NCBI GenBank assembly: GCA_038230375.1
Contig: JBBRNJ010000100.1
Coordinates: forward strand, 1 to 29,838
Source of the DNA: Polyangiales bacterium
GTDB taxonomy: Bacteria > Myxococcota_A > Polyangia > Polyangiales > Polyangiaceae
Length of the DNA: 29,838 bases
Direction: 5' to 3'
The notes below the pieces were generated by a model. That model was not told the origin of the DNA. It saw nothing but the letters and a program-made list of their open reading frames with translations, and searched no databases. This document shows, in pieces, positions 25,201 through 29,838 of this stretch. The position numbers and the translations under genes were made by a program. Each line of letters starts with the position of its first letter. Position 1 is the first letter of the stretch.

Positions 25201-26517
25201 CGTCACGCCGAGCACGTGGTCGTCGTGGTACGCGGCGACCAGGCGCCGACACACGAGGTCGTAGAGGTTTTGCTCGTCGTTCGGGAGCACGCTGGTGGGC
25301 GATGTCTCGGTCGGGATGATCGCGTGGTGATCACCGACCTTGGCATCGTCCACGAAGCGCTTGCCCAGGGGGCGCGTACCAGTACTCGGGGCCATGAGCG
25401 CGCCGTAGCTGTGCGTGATCGCCGCAGCGATGTTCGGCAGCGTGGCTTCGACGTCGCTCGAGAGGTGACGGCTGTCGGTGCGCGGATAACTCACGAGCTT
25501 CCACCGCTCGTACAGGCTCTGCACCACGGTCAACGTGCGCTGCGCTGTGAGGCCGAAGATGCGGTTCGCGTCGCGCTGGAGCTCCGCCAGGTCGTAGAGC
25601 TGCGGAGGCGGTATGCGCCGCACGTCGCGCCGGACCTCCGCGACCACCGCCGTGGACGCCGGATCGCACGCGCGCGTACGAACGCGCTCAGCTTCTGCTC
25701 CGTCCGCTGGAAGCCGCGACGCGTTCGGCTTCTCACGCGAGTCCCGCACGTCGCGCGCATAGCGGCCCTGGTACGAGGTCGCTCGGAGATCATCGCGATC
25801 CGCTGCGGGCCCGTCCGCGCCTCCGTTCGTGGAGACCGGTGCGAAGGTCGCCACCACTTCAACGTAGTGCTCGGGGACGAACGCGGCGATCGCCTGATCG
25901 CGCGCGACGATCATCGCAAGCGTGGGCGTCTGCACGCGGCCCACCGAGAGCAGATCGTCATGGACCAGGCTGTACGCGCGCGACAGGTTCATACCGACAA
26001 GCCAGTCCGCACGGCTCCGCGCGCGGGCCGCGGCCGCGAGCCTGTCGAAGTCCGCGCCGGGCCGCAGCGCGGAGAAGCCTGCGCGGATGGCGTCCGGCGT
26101 GAGCGACGAGATCCAGAGCCGACGCACCGCCTTCTTCGCACCCGCGCTCTCGTAGACGTAGCGGAAGATGAGCTCCCCTTCCCGCCCCGCGTCCGTGGCG
26201 CAGATGACGTCGCCGATGTCGCGCGAGCGAAGCAGCTTCTTCACGACGGCGAACTGGTCGCGTGTGCTCTCGCCCACCTTGAGCGGCCACTCCTGCGGCA
26301 GCATGGGGAGCTCCGACAGACTCCAGCGCTTCCAGGCAGGGTTCATCTCGTGAGGCTCCCCGAGCGCGACGAGGTGCCCGATCGCCCACGTGACAACGTA
26401 CCCGTTGCCCTCCAGGAGACCCTGCCCGCGCTGCGTCGCGCCGAGCACGGCCGCGATGTCCCGCGCGACGCTCGGCTTCTCCGCGATGACGAGACTCCTG
26501 GTGACGGCGCTGCTCAT
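22258..26517 (-). CDS. topB: DNA topoisomerase III - RecQ helicase fusion protein
   Basis: Topo IA motifs IAEKPSVA, ATDAGREGE, GRVQTPTL, SYPRTDS, HHAIIPT, GLGTAATRA, followed in frame by RecQ motifs MPTGAGKSLCYQ, DEAHCISQWGHDFRPDY, TATAT, AFGMGIDK, QEIGRAGRDG, Zn cluster and HRDC. Start could be 26517, 26544 or 26565. Confidence 0.93.
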   Translation of the reverse strand: MSSAVTRSLVIAEKPSVARDIAAVLGATQRGQGLLEGNGYVVTWAIGHLVALGEPHEMNPAWKRWSLSELPMLPQEWPLKVGESTRDQFAVVKKLLRSRDIGDVICATDAGREGELIFRYVYESAGAKKAVRRLWISSLTPDAIRAGFSALRPGADFDRLAAAARARSRADWLVGMNLSRAYSLVHDDLLSVGRVQTPTLAMIVARDQAIAAFVPEHYVEVVATFAPVSTNGGADGPAADRDDLRATSYQGRYARDVRDSREKPNASRLPADGAEAERVRTRACDPASTAVVAEVRRDVRRIPPPQLYDLAELQRDANRIFGLTAQRTLTVVQSLYERWKLVSYPRTDSRHLSSDVEATLPNIAAAITHSYGALMAPSTGTRPLGKRFVDDAKVGDHHAIIPTETSPTSVLPNDEQNLYDLVCRRLVAAYHDDHVLGVTHVTTVITSPGHVDRYLSSGTSVEQVGWKVAERPRRTQDVTALLPGGLVKGEERRVTATKVVPKQTEPPPHLSDATLLTAMETAGRTLDEREMSEAMREKGLGTAATRAAILETLLTRAYLTREGRTLRATDKGTALIARVHPHVKSPAMTGEWESKLAGIERGERDFEGFMREIEQYVTEVVAGAKNEAPPPTAGEGSREGSREGSREGSRSEPMSTSTSPSKSSSMSKSSSMSKSSSLSKSSSMSKSSSMSKSSLSPSPSPAPSTFTSPSPSPSPSPSPSTSTSPSPSPSPSPSPSSSDLHSLLRSPFNLSSFRPAQEAVCSAVASGRDVLLVMPTGAGKSLCYQLPGMARGGTTLVVSPLIALMEDQVAKLVALGLRAARIHSGRDRAESRAACVDYLAGNLDFLFIAPERLRVPGFPEMLARRKPTLVAIDEAHCISQWGHDFRPDYRMLGERLPLLRPAPIVALTATATPDVQDDIAKELGLTDCARFIRGFRRENLAVEVLERSKKARADVILRLLGDREQRPAIVYAPTRKEAESLAKALGKRGRVATYHAGLSASVRDKAQSAFLSGKADVIVATTAFGMGIDKADVRTVIHAALPATIEGYYQEIGRAGRDGLPSRAIMLHGFQDTKTHEFFFERDHPDEEDLVRIWSALTDEFQPFAEVQRRSRLSMEAYEKAFEKLWVHGGAVLKADLVARAPGPEGLAFRARYARHVAHKREQLTKMQAYATSAGCRMQSLVRHFGDRNDAGNPCGSCDVCAPASRLAEELSVATADEQLRLKQVLRALRAVAPRDLTMGQLHRDVSEDLPRGEIVRLVGGLARAGSVRVRDDFMEKDGKTITFQRVTLAGAETERADDVSQIMLDVAPAPAARSRARADRPKRERRARKTRAPRANGATAGRVSVADAGPVGVALRTFRAAEARRLGVPAFRIFSDRVLVAMVAAKPSSVDELSTISGVGPSLVNRYGNVLLSFFRAP
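24434..24541. repeat. Six tandem 18-bp units GACGACGACTTCGACAT(C/G) encoding the SKSSSM-type linker
   Basis: Units start at 24434, 24452, 24470, 24488, 24506 and 24524, with minor variants. Confidence 0.9.
24568..24615. repeat. Four perfect 12-bp units CCTTGACCCTTC encoding (EGSR)4
   Basis: Read directly from the sequence. Confidence 0.9.
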
Positions 26518-26641
26518 CGAGGGGTGAACGCATGTATAGCTCATGGCGTGCGGTTCTGTCTGCATCGGTCACCGGATGCAGTCGCTAGCGAGCCGCGTGC
26601 CGGCACCGATACAGCGAAATTCAAGGCGATCGCGAACGTCG

Positions 26642-26657
26642 CGCCTGACCACGGTCA
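26642..26657. repeat. 16-bp element CGCCTGACCACGGTCA, copy 2
   Basis: Identical to 3199-3214; upstream of the topB-recQ fusion. Confidence 0.5.
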
Positions 26658-26694
26658 ACCCACAGCCGACCGCCCTGACCGGCGACGCTTAACC

Positions 26695-26778
26695 TCGACA
26701 TCGACATCGACCTCGACATCGACCTCGACCTCGACATCGACATCGACATCGACATCGACATCGACATCGACCTCGACC
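26695..26778. repeat. Intergenic hexamer microsatellite (TCGAC[A/C])14
   Basis: 14 consecutive units between the lipoprotein stop (26785) and the topB-recQ start region. Confidence 0.92.
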
Positions 26779-26784
26779 CTTCCC

Positions 26785-27546
26785 TCACTCCCTCGTTGCG
26801 GTGGAGATGCCGGGCTCGGGCTGCCCGCCTTTGGCTGGCGTTGTCTGCTGGTACTGCAGCGTCTTTGGGTCCGCCGTGAAGTCGTAGACGCTGCCGTCAT
26901 CCAGGGTGAGCTGCGTGGCGCTCTTCGTGTAGTTGTTCATGCCCGCCTGACCGCCCGTGATGGTGACGCTGCAGTCGCAGTGATCGACATCGGCGCCGTC
27001 GGCGCAGGAGGCTCCCGGCAGCTGGGAGGCGAGGAGCTGTCCCAGGGTCGCGCACGGCTGGCCCTGGAACTGCGCCGGGAAGCAGGTCTTCGCGACGGTG
27101 AGGACCAGGTCGGACGTGGTCACGACGTTGCGTGATACCTGCGTCGCCGTGAAGATGACGCGGCCCTGGACCTTGCCCTTCGCGCTCTTGATGGTCGGCT
27201 TCTCCGCGCCCATGCACGCGGACGCAAGGCCCGTCAGCATGGTCGTGTCGATGCACGCGCCTGTGTAGTCCCACGTGCCGATCGGATCGCCGCCCATCGC
27301 GCTGAACGCCGGGCAGCTATCGAACTGGATGTCCGCCGCAGCGGGGAGACCGGCGTCCTTCGAGGCGCTTGCGTCAACGCCTCCGCCGCCGCCGGAGTCG
27401 CCACCGCCACAACAGCCAGTGTCGGCGCCACCGCCGCCCCCAGCATCACCACCGCCGCCCGCGTCCGCGTTCCCGCCCGACGTCGTCGAGCCGCCACACG
27501 CCGCAGCCACGACCAGCACCAAGGAAGCGCATAGAAGACGTTTCAT
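26785..27546 (-). CDS. Cys-containing lipoprotein with Gly-rich linker
   Basis: Lipobox VAAAC; DAG/G-rich linker; domain GGDPIGTWDYTGAC with beta-strand pattern and multiple Cys. Confidence 0.8.
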   Translation of the reverse strand: MKRLLCASLVLVVAAACGGSTTSGGNADAGGGGDAGGGGGADTGCCGGGDSGGGGGVDASASKDAGLPAAADIQFDSCPAFSAMGGDPIGTWDYTGACIDTTMLTGLASACMGAEKPTIKSAKGKVQGRVIFTATQVSRNVVTTSDLVLTVAKTCFPAQFQGQPCATLGQLLASQLPGASCADGADVDHCDCSVTITGGQAGMNNYTKSATQLTLDDGSVYDFTADPKTLQYQQTTPAKGGQPEPGISTATRE

Positions 27547-27552
27547 ACTTGA

Positions 27553-27593
27553 ATGATAGCACCGTTAACGCCCGGCCCCAGGCGTGCTATTTC
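27553..27593. promoter_or_regulatory. Candidate back-to-back extended -10 promoters (TG-C-TATCAT leftward, TG-C-TATTTC rightward)
   Basis: Each lies 6-7 nt from the ATG of a divergent gene lacking an SD; together they form the inverted pair ATAGCAC/GTGCTAT. Confidence 0.45.
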
Positions 27594-27600
27594 GGGCCCC

Positions 27601-29169
27601 ATGAGCCACGATCTCCGTCTCGCGATCGTCACCAGCACCCTCGCCATCATCGCCAGCGCCACCGTCGCGGGCAACGCCACCGCTGCGCCGACGACCCCGC
27701 CCAACACGACCACGCCCGCGCCGAAGAGTGGCCCGGTCTCCGCGCCCGCGCCGGCGACTGGCCCAGCTGTGGCACCGGCTCCTGCGCCTGCCGCCGCACC
27801 AGCCCCCTCGTCGGGCGACAAGGTCGCTGCGGTGAAGCTCGACGTGCGACGCGAGACGCTCGAAAACGGCCTCCGCGTCATCATGTCGGTGGATCACACC
27901 ACGCCAACCATCGCTGTCGACGTGGTCTACGACGTGGGCAGCCGCAACGAGGAGCGCGGGCGCGCAGGCTTCGCGCACCTCTTCGAGCACATGATGTTCC
28001 AGGGCTCGAAGAACGTCGCGCGCGGCGAGCACTTCAAGCTGATCTCCGCGCACGGCGGCGCCATGAACGGCACCACGAACGAGGACCGCACCAACTACTT
28101 CGAGATGCTGCCCGCCGGTGAGCTCCCGCTCGCGCTCTGGCTCGAAGCAGACCGCATGCGCTCGCTCGACGTCTCGCAGTCGAACCTGGACAACCAGCGC
28201 CAGGTCGTCGAGGAGGAGTATCGGATGCGCGTGCTCAACGCCGCGTACGTGCCCTCGTACATCCGCCTGTCGGAGCTCGTGTTCCAGGGCTACTGGCCGT
28301 ACGAGCACGCCGCGATCGGCACCATGCCGGACCTGGAGGCCGCGCAGCTCCAGTGGGTGCGCGCGTTCCACGACGCGTACTACGCGCCGAACAACGCGGT
28401 GCTCGCGATCTCTGGCGACATCGACGCCGACAACACGCTCATGCTGGTGAAGCGCTTCTTCGGCGGCATCGCGAAGCAGCCCAGCATCCCGAAGTACGAG
28501 CCGACGCCGATGCCCGCACAGACCGCGCCACGCAACGCCGTGATGGAGGACGAGCACGCGAAGCTCGCCGCCGTCATCGACGCATGGCCGATCCCGCCAG
28601 CGCGCGACAAGGATCACTACGCGCTCGAGCTCGCATCCATGGTCCTGACCGACGGCGAGAGCTCGCGTCTCTACAAGAACCTGGTCCGCGAACGGAGCGT
28701 CGCCGCGGACGTGAGCTCTGGCACCGACGACCACCGCGGCCCCGACATGTTCACGCTCACGGCGCGCGTCGCAGGCAAGGCGAAGCCGGACGACGTGCAC
28801 AAGCTGCTGCTCGCAGAGGTCGACCGGCTCGGCAAGGCTGGCCCCACGGACGCGGAGCTCGCCAAGGTGAAGAGCCGCATCAAGACGCAGTTCCTCATGG
28901 GTCTTCAGTCGAACATCGCGCGCGCACAGCGCCTTGCGGAGTTCGAGCTCTATCACGGCAACGCAGAGCTCCTGAACTCGGAGCTCGACAAGTACCTCGC
29001 GGTCACCAGCACGGAGATCAAGAAGGCCGTGGCGACGTACCTTGTCACGTCGAAGAGCACCCACATCGACGTGAAGCCGGCGGCCGAAAAGCCCGCAGAA
29101 AAGCCCGCAGAAAAGCCTGTCGCCGCGCCCGCCCAGCCCGCGCCCAAGCCCGCAACGGAGAAGAAGTGA
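27601..29169 (+). CDS. M16 (pitrilysin-family) zinc peptidase, catalytic subunit, exported
   Basis: Signal peptide, P/A linker, LENGLRV, GFAHLFEHMMFQGS (HxxEH), NGTT, YYAPNNAVL, SSRLY. Confidence 0.93.
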   Translation: MSHDLRLAIVTSTLAIIASATVAGNATAAPTTPPNTTTPAPKSGPVSAPAPATGPAVAPAPAPAAAPAPSSGDKVAAVKLDVRRETLENGLRVIMSVDHTTPTIAVDVVYDVGSRNEERGRAGFAHLFEHMMFQGSKNVARGEHFKLISAHGGAMNGTTNEDRTNYFEMLPAGELPLALWLEADRMRSLDVSQSNLDNQRQVVEEEYRMRVLNAAYVPSYIRLSELVFQGYWPYEHAAIGTMPDLEAAQLQWVRAFHDAYYAPNNAVLAISGDIDADNTLMLVKRFFGGIAKQPSIPKYEPTPMPAQTAPRNAVMEDEHAKLAAVIDAWPIPPARDKDHYALELASMVLTDGESSRLYKNLVRERSVAADVSSGTDDHRGPDMFTLTARVAGKAKPDDVHKLLLAEVDRLGKAGPTDAELAKVKSRIKTQFLMGLQSNIARAQRLAEFELYHGNAELLNSELDKYLAVTSTEIKKAVATYLVTSKSTHIDVKPAAEKPAEKPAEKPVAAPAQPAPKPATEKK

Positions 29170-29838
29170 TGAGCCGAAACGCCCCGTTCGCAGCCTCCGC
29201 AGTCGCCACGCTCGCCTTGTCCCTCTCCGCTTGCGGCGGGCCTCAGGTCGAGTCGAAGCCACTCCACGCCGACCTGCCCAGCCACGTACTCTCCACGCCT
29301 CCGAAGGCGAAGGGCAAGTCCGCTTTGCGTGAGAGCGCGCCCACGGCGCTCAGCCAGAAAGAGAGCGTGATCCCCAAGCCCACGCGCAAGACGTTGCCGT
29401 CAGGACTTTCGGTCGCCGTGCTCGAGTCGCACGCGCTCCCTATCGTGCAGCTGCGCGTCCTCATCCACGCGGGCAACGGCTACGGCGCGCCCGCGGTCGC
29501 AGAGGTGACGGCCGATCTCCTGAAGGACGGCGGCGCGGGCAACTGGACCAGCGCGGAGGTGCTCCGTCGCGTGGAGACCATGGGCGGGGACCTGGGTGTC
29601 GGCGTACGCACGGACGCGACTGTGCTGTCGCTCGCGGTTCCCAAGGACAAGATGAAGGAGGCGCTCTCCATCCTGGGAGAGGTCGCAAGTGCGCCCCGCT
29701 TCGACGCGACGGAGCTCGGCAAGCTGAAGGAGCGCCTCGTGGACGAGGCCGAGTCACGTGCGCGCCAGAGCGGTGGCTTCACGGCGCAGCGCATGGCGTT
29801 CAGCACGTTCTACACGGGCACGTACAGCCACTACGACG
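29169..29838 (+). CDS. M16 peptidase non-catalytic partner subunit, lipoprotein (truncated by the window edge)
   Basis: ATG overlaps the upstream TGA (TGATG); lipobox LSAC; TLPSGLSVAV..HALPIVQLRV; no HxxEH (AEVTADLLKDGG); frame open to the window end. Confidence 0.85.
   Translation, partial: MSRNAPFAASAVATLALSLSACGGPQVESKPLHADLPSHVLSTPPKAKGKSALRESAPTALSQKESVIPKPTRKTLPSGLSVAVLESHALPIVQLRVLIHAGNGYGAPAVAEVTADLLKDGGAGNWTSAEVLRRVETMGGDLGVGVRTDATVLSLAVPKDKMKEALSILGEVASAPRFDATELGKLKERLVDEAESRARQSGGFTAQRMAFSTFYTGTYSHYD

Noticed and set aside
22258..26517. Reverse gyrase
   Set aside because: Domain order is topo then helicase, and the helicase has RecQ-specific motifs (WGHDFRPDY, Zn cluster, HRDC).
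24434..26778. Tandem repeats as a CRISPR array
   Set aside because: Units are 6-18 bp and contiguous with no unique spacers; no cas genes in the window.
29086..29117. GAAAAGCCCGCA repeats (EKPA)
   Set aside because: Ordinary low-complexity tail of the M16 peptidase.
25198..29262. Long alternative ORFs such as 25198..27135 (+) and 27565..29262 (-), and similar ones elsewhere
   Set aside because: Antisense or off-frame shadows of motif-supported genes, expected from high-GC codon bias.

Overview
High-GC (roughly 68% by eye) bacterial window. Its gene content points to a myxobacterium, probably Polyangiaceae/Labilithrix-like (inference): Hanks Ser/Thr kinases, an FHA-containing sigma54-type AAA+ regulator and many Cys/Gly-rich lipoproteins. 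Conserved genes are rel (bifunctional RelA/SpoT), hemW, an M16 peptidase pair and one ~1,420-aa ORF fusing DNA topoisomerase III to a RecQ helicase through a tandem-repeat linker. An accessory minus-strand block (about 9.8-16.5 kb) runs LuxR regulator, membrane kinase (frameshifted at a G9 tract), PEGA-like protein, small lipoprotein, then three paralogous secreted fibre-like genes. These share an N-terminus but have unrelated tips, and two are preceded by decayed copies of the lipoprotein 3' end, which looks like a variable-tip cassette array. The AAA+ regulator has NYPNPG in place of GAFTGA yet lies divergent from a good sigma54 promoter. No rRNA, tRNA, CRISPR or transposase was recognised.
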